Below, in pieces: positions 11,200-24,308 of a stretch of DNA of 64,000 nucleotides (positions are counted from its first letter, which is position 1; every line of letters starts with the position of its first letter). Source of the DNA: Chara braunii. Lineage: Eukaryota; Plantae; Charophyceae. The stretch is taken from positions 309,873-373,872 of the forward strand of contig BFEA01000021.1 in the NCBI GenBank assembly GCA_003427395.1, read 5' to 3'. The notes under the pieces were generated by a model. The model was not told the DNA's origin, did not search any database, and worked only from the letters and a program-made list of their open reading frames with translations. The translations under genes and the position numbers were made by a program.

Positions 11200-11490
11200 C
11201 TATATTTCGAAAAAAGGAAGCCTCAGGGGGCTTTCCCACATAACCCTCGCCTTGCGGCCCGCGGACAATCATCCCTACCTTCTGAGAAGAAGAAGAATAG
11301 TGGAAGCAGTGGCCAACTGCCTTTCGTACACGCTTCGAGAATCTTCATTACATAGCCGCGCATACTAATCTCAGCTCACGCGCACATTCCCCGACGCGTT
11401 TCGATCGGCTGCGCTCCGATCATCCTCAGGGGGCTAGCCACATACCCCAGCCTTTCGGCCCACCGAGCTTACCTCCCTTCATACTGAGCA
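11200..11490 (-). mobile_element. Penelope-like pseudo-LTR remnant with two partial tandem units
   Basis: 11221-11285 resembles 11424-11488 (cctcagggggct..ccacata.ccc..gcctt.cggccc); hammerhead in the better-preserved unit. Confidence 0.5.
11389..11432 (-). ncRNA. Minimal type I hammerhead ribozyme (Penelope-like element type)
   Basis: Minus strand CCC-CTGAGGA-T-GATCGG AGCGCAG CCGATC-GAAA-CGCG-TC-GGGG: stem I C/G, 6-bp stem II, palindromic short stem III, GUC site. Confidence 0.8.
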
Positions 11491-12066
11491 TCAAAGAAGA
11501 AGAAGAAGAACTACAACAACAACAAAGGAGAAGAAAGAAGAAGGAGAAGAAGATGAAGAAGAAGAATTGAATTGAATTGAATTGATAAAGCGAGGCCAAT
11601 CGCTATGAGTCCATGTCTCAATGATGTACATTAAAGCACCTGCACGGACTAACAGCTCAAAAGAAGAAGAAGAATTGCATCGACGAGCTGAAGATGAAGA
11701 AGAAGGAAAAGAAGACGCACCTTACCCATGACCGACCAGGAAGGAAGAAGAAGCCGCCATAGCTATCTGGAGCTGTGAGTGATAGAGTTGTCATTCCGCC
11801 TGCGAAGACAGGCCATAGCTGGTGCATCAGAGCTGGTGCTTCAGAGCAGGTGTAGGATGAGTGAGCGGGGAGATGGAACGGTGTATCGTATCAGGGCATA
11901 TTCTCACACCAGCACATTCCCGATGAATCTGACCGGAATTCCACCTTGATCTGGAGGTATCTGACGGCGATTACGTCCAAAGCTCGATCGAAGAAAACGT
12001 CCTCGTTTGAGTATGCTCTCGTTCCCACCCATTGCGAAACGAACCTTCGTGTCAGTTCCTATTACA

Positions 12067-12165
12067 GGGGCAAGGTCCCACTTGCACGAATTAAGAGATA
12101 CTGACCGTAGATAACAAAGATCAACGGCCGAAATCTCCTAATTTGCGCAAGTGGGACCTTGCCCC
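12067..12165. mobile_element. MITE family M3 (TIR GGGGCAAGGTCCCACTTGC, about 100 bp); other copies at 34760-34858 and 46901-47001
   Basis: Perfect 19-bp TIR in two copies and a conserved interior across three copies. Confidence 0.85.
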
Positions 12166-13235
12166 AGCTCCCTCGATTTCGCCGACGGTTTTTCTCCCCT
12201 TCTTTTTCTGTAAAAGAACCTTCCACGCTTTTTCTTCTTTTTCCCGCCGATATCTTCGAAAATATGGCGCCCAAAAAAAAGGAAAAGGCGCCACAACTGT
12301 TTCATCTTTTTTTTTGGGGGGGGAAGAACTGTTTCATCGGATTTCCCCCGCCGGGCTTACGAAAAAAGAAAAACAACCCAAGAGCCTACCGTAGCAGTGG
12401 GTACACACATGAACTGTTGAAAAGAGAAACCCGTGTTCGAATCCAGATGATGGAGCTTGATGCGTAAAGTTGTAAAAAAGGAAAACAGGAAAAGAAAAAG
12501 GGCAAATCCCTTGACCCGAGGAAAGCATTGGTCCTCGCTCCACTACTCTCGAAATGTGCAAAACGGGGGCCTCGGCCCAGATGCACCGTGTAGTGCCTGA
12601 AAACTACACGGTGTGAGAGCGGAGAGCGGGAAACGTACATCCGCAATACTGGATGCGCCATGGCGCCGCGCCATGTGTCACTGTGGGGGGGTGTCCCATC
12701 GTTGTAAAAATCGTGCAGCAAGTGAGGGTGCGGCCTATCTTCGCAGGAGCCCATATAGAGTGCTGCCTTTGTTTGATGTCCGCAGGCCCATGGAAAAACA
12801 AAAATCCCAACAGTGGGCCACTGCGGGGAGGGGACGAAGGGGTAGCCGGCCCCGCTCTGCTCCCGTGATGCGAGCGACACGATCTTACGGTTTAGCCATA
12901 GCCGCACGGCGGTGCCGCGTGCATAGCCGCGCGGAGCTTAACCACCATGCCCCGGAGCGCGCAGCGCGGGGAAGGGGGGTCTTGGAGCGGTCGAGCTACA
13001 CAGGTTACCTCAAGCAACAGAGGCACGAGCTTGTCCAGGGCCGAGAGGAGGGAGTGGGCTGGACCGCTAAGAGGGGAGGGAGGGAGGCAGCATGGGGTTC
13101 TCAAACAAGAGCTGCGACGCAGAACGACACACAAGTGGCAGCATTCAAGATGGCAAAATCACAAACAAGTCGAACATTTCCGAACCGAAGAACGCTGAAA
13201 GCGTCCTTCCCAAAGAGGGAGAAAGTGGATCTTAA

Positions 13236-13278
<43 letters not shown>

Positions 13279-13959
13279 TGAGTGTTTGTGAGAGAGAGAG
13301 AGANNNNNNNNNNNNNNNNNNNNNNNNNNNNNNNNNNNNNNNNNNNNNNNNNNNNNNNNNNNNNNNNNNNNNNNNNNNNNNNNNNNNNNNNNNNNNNNNN
13401 NNNNNNNNNNNNNNNNNNNNNNNNNNNNNNNNNNNNNNNNNNNNNNNNNNNNNNNNNNNNNNNNNNNNNNNNNNNNNNNNNNNNNNNNNNNNNNNNNNNN
13501 NNNNNNNNNNNNNNNNNNNNNNNNNNNNNNNNNNNNNNNNNNNNNNNNNNNNNNNNNNNNNNNNNNNNNNNNNNNNNNNNNNNNNNNNNNNNNNNNNNNN
13601 NNNNNNNNNNNNNNNNNNNNNNNNNNNNNNNNNNNNNNNNNNNNNNNNNNNNNNNNNNNNNNNNNNNNNNNNNNNNNNNNNNNNNNNNNNNNNNNNNNNN
13701 NNNNNNNNNNNNNNNNNNNNNNNNNNNNNNNNNNNNNNNNNNNNNNNNNNNNNNNNNNNNNNNNNNNNNNNNNNNNNNNNNNNNNNNNNNNNNNNNNNNN
13801 NNNNNNNNNNNNNNNNNNNNNNNNNNNNNNNNNNNNNNNNNNNNNNNNNNNNNNNNNNNNNNNNNNNNNNNNNNNNNNNNNNNNNNNNNNNNNNNNNNNN
13901 NNNNNNNNNNNNNNNNNNNNNNNNNNNNNNNNNNNNNNNNNNNNNNNNNNNNNNNNNNN

Positions 13960-14022
<63 letters not shown>

Positions 14023-14196
14023 AAAAAAAAAAAAAAAAAAGAGAGAGAGAGTCGTGATAAATGATTTAGACTAACTTAGATTAGAGCAGGGGTAATATTG
14101 ATAAAAGCAGAACAATAGAAAATAGGGTGGTCTAGGCAAGAACTCTATAGAATAGCAGGAACGATGATCCAGAAGATTAGCGCGCGCGTGCGCACG

Positions 14197-14267
<71 letters not shown>

Positions 14268-14916
14268 TGGGATGAATGGCATGGCTAACTTCCAACAACT
14301 TTTTGATCAGACAACAAGAAGAATGGGAAGAGTGTGGCAATGAACCAGTCTGTATCTGAATGGAAGACTCTTCTGAAGTAAGGCAGGTAAAGCACACGGA
14401 GTGTGATTGAGTTCATTGGAGATTAGTGAGTATTGATATTTGCTCACCTTGACATAGTAAATGGTATAAAAGAGGGGTTGATAATCTTCTGTTTCTCCCG
14501 TTAGTACGAATGTAAAGGATAGTCTTGCATCGGCTTTGGCTATTATCTATGTTGTTTAATGTTAATGTAACTTGTGAGGCGGTACATAGTTGCCTACAAC
14601 ATACTGGATGATGTATGAACTTAACAGAGGAAGATCTTGCTTAGAGTGGGCAGTTAGAGGCATAGCGTTGAGGTTTACCTATTAAAAGTTTTTTGTTGCC
14701 CCTTGGTTGGAGAAGAAGTATGGATTGCAGCACATGCTTGTACTTTGATCTTTATGTATATGGGACAATGGACCCGTTTTCCAGCACGTGCTGCTCCCTA
14801 CGAATAAATGGAGCCATAAATTGATTGTTAAAAAAAAAAAAAAAAAACATGAGCTTTTCGGCAACGGTGGATTTAAACTCTCGCCTTTGTGATCCCTTCA
14901 CTTTCGGCCTCCCTGC

Positions 14917-15010
14917 ACTACTCTCCACATGCAGAGAAGACAAAAAAATGGCAATGTATCTGTTCATGTTCCAACGAAAGAGTCAGTATTGTTTTGCACA
15001 TTCGGAGACT
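14917..15010. mobile_element. Dispersed roughly 100-bp MITE-like family (CTACTCTCCAAATGTGCAAAA...GAACATGGAAAGATACA...TGCATGTGGAGAGTAG); copies at about 15920-16130, 34935-35045, 42790-42880, 46825-46880, 54240-54346, 61225-61330 and 61415-61480
   Basis: Recurrent shared core with imperfect terminal inverted repeats. Confidence 0.65.
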
Positions 15011-15446
15011 GAGAGATCCACACGCCTCACTACAGTTACTGAGGTTCATAACCCTCACACGCATAAAAAATGACAAAAAAATGGCGATGTTACTGCTTTT
15101 AAGAAGGTGGCAAACTACACGGCCGCCTCATAAACGCTGCATTCCCTCCTCGCGCATAACAAATGGGAAAATGACATGTAACAATGGAAGAGGCCCACCA
15201 TTTATAAAATGCGCGTCTTCGTCATATGTCGTCTGATTTGTGGCCTTTGGACGGTTACGGCCTGTCACACCCTGCGCACAAACTATACTACACGTTGCAT
15301 ATGGGTCGAGGCCCCAGGAGTGAATATCCCTAAAACATGGAAAGATACACCGCCATTATTTTTTTTTTTTTTAAGGCTATCTTTTGGTGGGACCAACGAC
15401 ATATCTTTAGGTAGCGAGCGCCAAGCTTGCCCAAGAAGGTGCGTAA

Positions 15447-15515
15447 GGCTAATGGGGATTGAACCCAAGACCTCCTGAATGCCACTTGCGTGCCTTACCA
15501 ACTGAGCTAGGCTGC
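15447..15515 (-). pseudogene. tRNA-derived pseudogene or SINE head (tRNA-Ala-like)
   Basis: Reverse complement GCAGCCTAGCTCAGTTGGTAAGGCACGCAAGTGGCATTCAGGAGGTCTTGGGTTCAATCCCCATTAGCC has A and B boxes but broken acceptor and anticodon stems. Confidence 0.65.
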
Positions 15516-18059
15516 TAGATCCGCCATGATTTTTGTCTTTCGTCCATGTTGAGAGTTATTATGGGACGAGGCCCGAAAAGTGCAAAATGAGTGGCATTGA
15601 GCAGAGACTGCTGATGTTCATAGGGGGAGGGGACCGGAGAGGAGGCACAATGACTGACCCATTGAAGAAGCTCGGTCCTGATGCTACCGGCTGACCTCTG
15701 GCCAGTATCGCCCACCTGTTGTAGCAGGTATCGCACCTGCTGGTGGGTGCAACTCCCTCATGTTCCCTCGTTGGAGGCTTGAGCACGAATGTGGCTGCTA
15801 CGGGGTTCTCCGTAATACTATAATGACAATAAAAACATTCTGGAAGGACGTCTTGTCCAGATTTGACAGGTAATTGAATTGGTTGGGCTTAAATAATTAA
15901 CCTTTTATAATAATAAAAAAGTGCAAAATGAGAATGAAAGAAAGGAAGAAAAAGAAAGAACGAGTTTTTTCCTAAAGATGGAAACCGCCATATTTTTGTC
16001 GTTTGTACATGTGGAAAATAGTAGAGCGAGGCCCACACCACTCTCGAAATGTGGAAAAGACAAAAATGTGGCGGGTGCATCTGACCATGTTTTNGCAGGA
16101 AGTTTATTCTCATTTTNCACATTTCGAAAGTGGTGTGGCGAGGTTCATTATTGTCATGACGCGTGAATCGAAGGGAATGTTCATACAACTTCATACCCAG
16201 TCCAACTGGCTGATGACAACCCCTGAGTGCAAACTCGCATCGTGTGACTAGCTAAGTACTAAATCCCAATTTTTCCAGACGGTCGCGACCTTGTCCCATC
16301 TAAAAAGGTACATCAGTGTGACGTGAACCATGCCCAAAACCTCAAATCGGCCCTTCCCAAATCTGCATATTTTGCGGATTTGGGGTCGCCGTGTGAGTAT
16401 GCCCTCGCAATAACTTTTATCAACGAATTTTTGCCAATTTTCGAAGAAAATACAAAAAATGAAATAAGGGCATTTAAGGTGACCGCAAAATCTATTGCTC
16501 GAACAAAAAATCAGGACAGGTGCGGTGGGGAGCGCTGGTACCGGGCGGGCAGCGTAGCGCTCCGGTAACAGGCGTCACCATTCCGTTTCGGTGGGAGGCC
16601 TGTTCGACCGTCACCTCCGTTGACGTGACGGGGAACGGATCCGAGCATCGCACTTCCCACAACGAGGAAGGAGACTGGTCCTCAGCGGTGCTCCATTTGA
16701 ACAGTCCAAGACACCAGTTAGGGTAATCTCTTTCTTCATAGTCCTATACCACAGTACACTCCGAAATCCTTGAACCAATTACCACAGTAACATTGCATCA
16801 GGCAATGAATAACGAATAGAGAGGAAGGATTAGTGTGCGGTGTTGATAAGTCCGAAACTGATTGATTACCACAGTAACTTGATGTTAGAAGAGGGACAGA
16901 TAACGGTGAGGAAGGAACATAGTGCAGTGTTGGCAAGTCGGATCTCCAACAACGGTGCGCTGAAACTAAGCCCAAGTAATTTCGGTAAGCCATGCTTACA
17001 CGGTAGAGATGAGAGATCCTCCAATGTTCTGGGGTAAAAGTTAAAAGATGGTTGACGCAAGCACTGACCGCCATTGAAACAGGCCACGGCGCCTCGTAGG
17101 ACTCGAACAAAGGTAATCAGATTATACACGTAGCGAGCAGGGCAGTGCATCTGACAGTGGTAGGTTACACTCACCTCAGCAGGCATGGAAGAACAACATG
17201 ATTGGCGTCAAGGGGGGGGAACTCGAGTTGCTATCGCAGTTTTGAAGCAGTAATGGCACAATCAGTTGGAAAAAGAAAAACCTAGCGCTACAAGCAAAAA
17301 TGAAGTTACGCCATTCCATCCAAGTTACGATACCTTCCTCCTCCTTATTTCTTCTCTCCCTGCTGCTCTAGTCCTACCGCTCCAAGAGCTAAGTGTCATC
17401 AACTGCCACGTTCACAATCTATTGTCAGAGCAGAAGCCGACTAGTTGTGGTCATCTTGGCCTTTGATTCCCATATTCCCCGGAAATTGATCTTCCTTAAC
17501 CGGCTAGCATGACCGCTACTGTAACACAGTATTTTCAAAGGAGGAGGCAAGTATACACTTCTCACCCGCCACTTACAACACCCGGAGGGTAACCCTCTTG
17601 CTTTCCTTGAAGAGGATCGAATCACCAGCCAAGTATGAGGTAGCAAATCTCCTTGTTATCATAGGGACAAATGCTCTTAATGTGCTTAAGCATGCTCCAT
17701 TTCATCGCCTTTCCAAAAAGAAGAAGCGAGTTTCAGTACGAAGAACCGAAAAGTAGTCTCACGTTCGTAATTCCTCATAACGCTCTCGTCTCCGAGATTC
17801 ACTACTGACTGACCGTGGAATACTTTAACTCCCCCATGCGTCGACCCAACATTGTCAGCAACGCAAGGCCCCCATCTTCCAACTAAGTAGTGATCTTTCG
17901 AACCAGAGTTCGGAAGGAGCGTAGACTGTTCGTTGCTCTCCCTCACACATGTTCGAATCAGAGTCGGTAAGGAGTGTGGACTGTTCATCTCTCTCTTACA
18001 CACATGGGCACAAGCTAGATCCTCATAAAACACGAAAGTGTTATTTTTGCACGAGGGGT

Positions 18060-21000
18060 TGTACACTTATTTGATGCTTGGGCATCTGGATGCATTACAT
18101 TCGAACCTTTCAGCCAATAAGTACGGTGATGGAGATAGAACGAAGCAGAGGAATGGTCCCCCCAGGCAATTCAGGGAGATACATCCCGCCGACAGTGAGA
18201 GTAGCCGGGAGGAGACAATGACAGCCTCCGACGGCGAAAGATCGAGTGCGTGCATTAGTGGAGAGATGCTACGAAAATGGCATTTGCCCGGATGGATTAG
18301 ACTTGGGAGAAATAGTGGAAGACGAACAAGGGAAGCGGTTTGTGGTGTATGAGGCGATCAACAATATCAAGGAAGGATGGTTGAAGGAGCGTACAGTCAT
18401 CATGATGTTTCAAGAAGAAGCAAGACACTTATCAAGACAAAAAAAAAAAATCTAATAAGAGTTCGTGAAGATGGCTATATATGGCACAAAGGATTTTTAA
18501 TTCAAAAATGGGTAGACGCCAGATCCATTTTGAGGGGAATGTGGTATCTTAAGTAGCCAAAGCAAAGGAACTGGCGGACTGGTTGCTAAGAATGAGAGAG
18601 GTCAAGCTTAAGTTAGGGCCAAAGGAGTACCTAAAGATCTTCAAGCCCTAGATGCCAAAGCATGAGTTTCGGAAGCTGAAATTGCAGGAGGCAAAGACAA
18701 ACTTCTGGATAATAGTATTGCGAATCCAATTGGATGCATGCTATTATCTCCATAGCGTTGTTAGTGACATGTTTGGGGAAGTACTCGAGATGCACCCTCC
18801 AGAATATGACCGAACAAGGTCGAAATTGATGAACGTCGAGCTGGATCTGCACCCAGACGCATGTGTTCCATGTAGAGGACGAGCTGGTCATTGAATCCCC
18901 GAAAGGTGAACGGTGGAAGGTGGAGATAGTCACTCCTTACACTGACTAGTGTCGAAAATGCAGGTGTCAGTGGTACTACCATACCGAGGAGAACTGGAAT
19001 TGTCCAAGGAATCGAAAGCAGGAGGAAGGGAAGAATGAAAGGGGCATTAGGGCTAGTGGACATCAAGAACGGCTTCGACAACACATGAAAAGCACAAATC
19101 AGCCTGCTGGAGGAAAAGCTACAACAGAGGAACCTCGAAGATTCAGACAGACAGATATGCCAGACTCACCGAATATGAGAATTGCCAACATGAATGAAGC
19201 ACAGAGAGCACAGTCCCAGGGCCCGATTGTGAGAGCGACAAGCCACATGTCTCATCACTCGAATCTGAATTGGTCCCATAACGAGCCTCCCCACGCTAGA
19301 CTAGATGCCAACAAGAGACTTGAGCAAGTAGTAGCAACAGTCAGAGCAAGCCCAACTGTTACACTGCATGGCGCCTCATGACACCTTCGAAAATAATATC
19401 AACGTACTCCGTCCTCGATCCCCCCATGGGAAAGCAAAAGAGACTGCCCAGTAGAGTCAATCCCAGAGGAAGCAGTCGTAAGGATGGAGAACAGGGAGCT
19501 AGAATGGCAGAAACATCCGCAAAGGCATCAAGATCTTTAGGGCTCACACGATGTACCACGTCCACCGTCCAAGATATCACTCAGACAACAAGTCAACCAG
19601 CACGATCTCCAAGTAAAGAACCCAGGTTTTGGCTTCGCCCCTCCGCTGCAACATTACCCTCAGTTGGTTGCTCCAGATCACCCGCAACCTAGATATCCTT
19701 CGTCGGTTTTTGATTGGAGGTCGCTGGCACAACAACATCAAGGAGCAGAAGGTCTTGGCCAACCAGGTCAAATAGAGTGGCTCCAAGGTAGATCAACAAA
19801 CTTGGAGAAGGAGCAGGTCGCCCTGGGATAGAGAAAAAGAAATGGTACCTCCTGGCGGGCTTGGGTAGAGGAGGAAACAAGGAGACAAGGAGTCATCAAA
19901 CATGCCGCAGTAGGATGCTCTAATAGGCGAGCCTTTGACACAAGATGGGCAGATGAGGTGGTAGGAGGAATAGACCATACAAACCTGCTCGGCCAAGGAG
20001 GGAGAGACCAAGGGGAAGAAGGGAAAGGAGAAGGAGAAGGGTATGGCAAACCACCTCAAGGGGAGTTGTCTGAAACTTCGATCACGTCCCAGTTATGTGT
20101 GAGGATGGATAGCGAGGCAGAGGAAGCCTTACTGAGTCGAGAACTTTCTCGATCCTCGATGGAAAGATCGACGCATTCGAGGGTGCAAAGAATAGGAGGA
20201 GAGATACCGACTCTGAGACACAGAATCAACCGAAGCAGGCGTACGAAGGTCGTCCACAAACATCATGTGAAATCGGTTAAACACAGAGTGGTGCCTCTGA
20301 GTCTAATGTGCACAAGAGGAAGAGATGGCACCTACTTCCTAGCCCTTACTAACAACGAAGGCAGACCATGTATCCCATTAGAGGAGGTGGACAAGCCGCA
20401 AACACCCACAATGATCATGAGGACAACCAGAAATCTTTACGGAGAGCACGTGCCAGTCAGGATCATCCCTACTAGCTCAGTTATGGTCAACATCATCTGT
20501 GAAACCACAAATGGATTCGTCAAGTTCTACTTCCCACTCTTGGATGCACGCGTCCCACCAGAGTACGCGGAGACGTTGACGTAGTAAGGAGGCCAATGGT
20601 ACCACATGGATGTAGTGAGAGAGCGAAGCTCGCATGAACTGGGGCATATATTAGTGCTACATAACATTAGTGTGTTAATACTTCTGACCTTGAACGAGAA
20701 GTTGCCACCCGACGAAGCGCTCCAATCAAAGTTTATGACTGAGAGTCTGACAAGAGATTGGGTGACTCGGTCATATGCAAGCTCGTTGAGGGGCAGTTCG
20801 AGGGGCAACACCCGATCACAGTCCATGGTACAGGCTCAGTCAACTCCGGACAAAGCAAATGGATCAGTACAGCAACAGGTAGACTAAAACGATCAAGGTC
20901 AATCCAGCCACATCCAAGATCAAGCAGAAGAACAACGACTCAATGGATAAACTTAAGGTGGCCACTTGAAACGTGCAAGGGTTGGGTGACATTGGGGGAA

Positions 21001-23136
21001 GACAGAAACGCAAACGTGTTAAAAACTGGATGCATGATCGGATAATAAACTATCTGCTAATCCAAGAGTCGAAGTTGGATGACGAGAAGCTGGCGGACCT
21101 GGGAAACTGGTGGAATCACCCACAGATCTGGGCCCCGACACAAGGGTCAAGGGGAGGGGTGGGAATTTTGCTGCATCGGGACCCGCAGATGAGGCTAATT
21201 GATGCGGAGGCAGACATCTGGGGCAGATAGGTGTGGGTCAGATTAGAGACAGAGGGGGAAGACTGGGTCGTGATGACAATCTACGCTCCCACGAATGCTG
21301 GTGAACAGGCGAAGTTTTTCACAAGGTTGATCTCACACATTCCGAGAATCGAAACCTGATTATCGCAGGGGATTGGAACCTGTCATTAAACGAGACACTG
21401 AATATGGACTCGTGCATCGCGGGGAGAAGGGATGCTCAAACCTTATTGGACCTGTCAGCAGAACTGAACCTGTCGGATCTATTTATATTGATGTCACCAA
21501 TCGACCCAGGATACACCTGGACATCGCATATCTAGAGGGAAAGAGGCACAGTGGTCAGAAGAAGGTTGGACTACTTTATGGTGGCCGGCCCGATCTTAGA
21601 GGGTGTTACGGCGGTGCAATAATTCTGCAATCCGCTTTCTGATGACAAACCGGTGGTTGTTGAAGTCAGACTGCGATCAAATATGCAGCGTAGGAGAGGC
21701 TTCTTCAGATTGAATGCACAAAATATGGAAGACCCAGACCTTTTGGAGTGGGTGGATCAACACATGAGAGGTTGGGAAGAAATTAAACACTTATTCTCTT
21801 AAATCGAGGAATGGATGGATGGGGTAATAACCATCATTTCAAGTGTCCTTAACGTCTGTTCGAAGATTCTGGCTAGATCCAGAAATAAGGAAGAATCAGA
21901 ATGCAAATGACGAGTAGAGGAAACGGAGGAGAGAATGGAAGGGCATCCGATATCAATGTTGGCTTGGGCAATAGAAAGGGAAAAGCGGATGGCAGAATGG
22001 GATAACCTGCAGGTGAACAATGAAAGACGGTGGACGGACCTGCTCAAGGAGAAGGGCATAGAAACCAACTATAAGATGAGCAAAGAGTCCTTCCAGAAAT
22101 GACTACCTCGTCGATCGGCGCAACAAATGGTTGAGTTGAAACACCCCTTCGATGGCACAGCTCCAACGACCTCCACAGCAACAGGGATACTAGAGTATAC
22201 CAAAATATACTACAAGGACATCCTCACGACTCGGCGTCCCCAAGACGAGGCTACCACTGATCTTAGGGAAGTGTCCGACCTATGGTAGGACACAAATATG
22301 GAAGTCCCCACTCTGGCAAAACTAGATTTGGACAGTCTTATTATGTTGGAGGAGACCATTCAGACCTTGAGATCCATGGCGAGAGGCAAGTCCCCCGGGC
22401 TTGACGGCTTAACTATGGAATTCTATTCCAAATGCTGAAAGACGGTCGAATTGCCATTCGTGGAGCTATACAATGGAGTGTTGAACGAGGGCAAATTGGG
22501 GAAGATGATGACACATGGGGTTATCTCGGTGCTGTTAAAAAAAGGCGACAAGGCGGAAGTGAGGAATTGACGTCCAATCTCCCTATTGAACGTGTCCTAC
22601 AAGATTTTGGCGAAGACACTCGCGAGGAGGCTGGGACAATATCTACCTTCCCTGGTGGAAAAAGATCATGGCGCTTTCGTTCAGGGAAGGTCAATCTTCA
22701 ACAACATCGCAACAGCGGGCGAGGTTCTCAAGGTACAAGTTGAGAATCTCAACACAGCGGTCCTCTTGATCGACCTGGAGAAGGCCTACAACAAGGTAGG
22801 ATGGACGTTCGTCATGACTACGTTAAACTACATGGGCTTCGGAGCAACTTTTGCAAATGGGTTGTTGCACTATATACCTTGTCAACATCAACAATCATGA
22901 TCAACAAATTTCTTTCAACTTCGTTTAGACTGACGAGGTCGTCGCGTCAAGGTTGTCCGCTAGCGCCTCTCCTATTTGTTCTTCAGTTGGAGGTGCTGCT
23001 AAATCGTATTAGGCATCACCCGTTGATTCACGACCTGCGTCTTCACGATGCAAAGGAATGCAAGGTGAAAGTCTTGGCCGATGATCTCTTCACAGTCTGC
23101 GAGAATACGATACCAGCCTTAACAGCCTTGAAGTAA
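18060..23136 (+). mobile_element. Decayed L1-clade LINE (ORF1 about 18060-20887; ORF2 from 20943), 3'-truncated within the RT; 5' UTR may extend to about 16500
   Basis: ORF1 FWIIVLRIQLDA and CRKC...H knuckle; endonuclease VAT*NVQG, IQESKL, IYAP, GDWN-like; RT KSPGLDG, RPISLLNVSYKI, DLEKAY, RQGCPLAP, LADD; many stops and frameshifts. Confidence 0.9.
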
Positions 23137-23420
23137 CCCACTTTTGTCCATCAATAAATAACTTCGTTCAAACCCATCTTCCCCAAATATCTGCATGGAA
23201 ATCGATAATTTTTATCTCCGATTATCTATGTATAAGAATATTTATACCACCTCTCGAACCTCGTGTCGGGGACTACAGTTGCAGACCACCTCACCAGTTG
23301 TGTAGGTCTGCTATTTTGTCTTTAGACAATTTAGTTTCCTGAAGGCATGCTATTTATATGTTATTCTTAAATATTCATGATTCCAATTAACTTTTTGTTT
23401 AGAGAAAACTACGGCGCAAT

Positions 23421-23816
23421 GAGGGTTACAGTTTGCAATTGCATTTCGAACTGCGTTTTAGCAGTTTAGACAGAGCCTAAGTTTCAATTGCAGTTGAAAC
23501 TCGGGTTGACCTTCTCTAGCAGTTCAGTCAGGCATATGGCTGTTTTTTTTTTCCCCCTTCGGTCGCGCGTTGTATCACGCCATGCCACGACTGAATAAAA
23601 TAAAATAAAATAGTCCCATGGTTGGGCCAGGGCCGAGATGTCTCGGCCACAACTCGACCACACCCCAGATTGGCCACGACCCAGATGTCGCATGACGTGG
23701 CGTGGCAGGGACGCCCTATGCAATTCATAATTAAGTCATTTGAACTTAGGTTTGTATTTCAACAGTGCAAGGATGGAGGCCAAAGAAGAAGAAGAAAAAA
23801 AAAAAAAAAAAAAAAA

Positions 23817-23852
<36 letters not shown>

Positions 23853-24308
23853 CCAACAACAACAACGAGGAACTTTGAATTCACCGACGTGGGGAAGACC
23901 CTCATGTAGGCGGAAGTTACACTAGTGCTTTGAGGAATGTATCTGACCATTATGTGAGGACTGTAAAACATTTTTTTTTATTTGTTTGTTTTTTATTGTG
24001 AGGTCCTTGTAGCGCCCTGCCAGTCAGGCAGGGCGGATTCCATATGAGGCAGCTAGCTGTCTTGCTTCATTCAGTTTTTGACAAGTACTGTAGCATCCTG
24101 TATTGGACCACAATCAGAACGTAAGGGATGTTTTTTTTTTTTTTTTAATCTGTTGTTTGTGGATAGACGAGGTACCATGACTAAATTGTTACCAAAAGGC
24201 AGGTCGCGTTTCAACTGCAATTGATATTCGGCCCCTGACTAAAGTGCAAAATCAGTGTTTCAAATGTAACTACAAACTATTTTCGTGACTGCACTGAAGT
24301 TACCCCCC
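23421..24308. mobile_element. Possible MITE with degenerate TIRs containing (CAA)n and poly(A)
   Basis: tttcaattgcagttgaaac (about 23482) mirrored by gtttcaactgcaattga (about 24208); gagggttaca vs gttacccccc at the outer ends. Confidence 0.35.

Noticed and set aside
13278-14064. ORFs of about 260 aa (likewise at 48097-49029 and 50031-50821)
   Set aside because: Artifacts of translating across N gaps
15447-15515. Functional tRNA genes here and at 61120-61190
   Set aside because: The acceptor stems do not pair and the cloverleaf is incomplete; treated as pseudogenes or SINE heads
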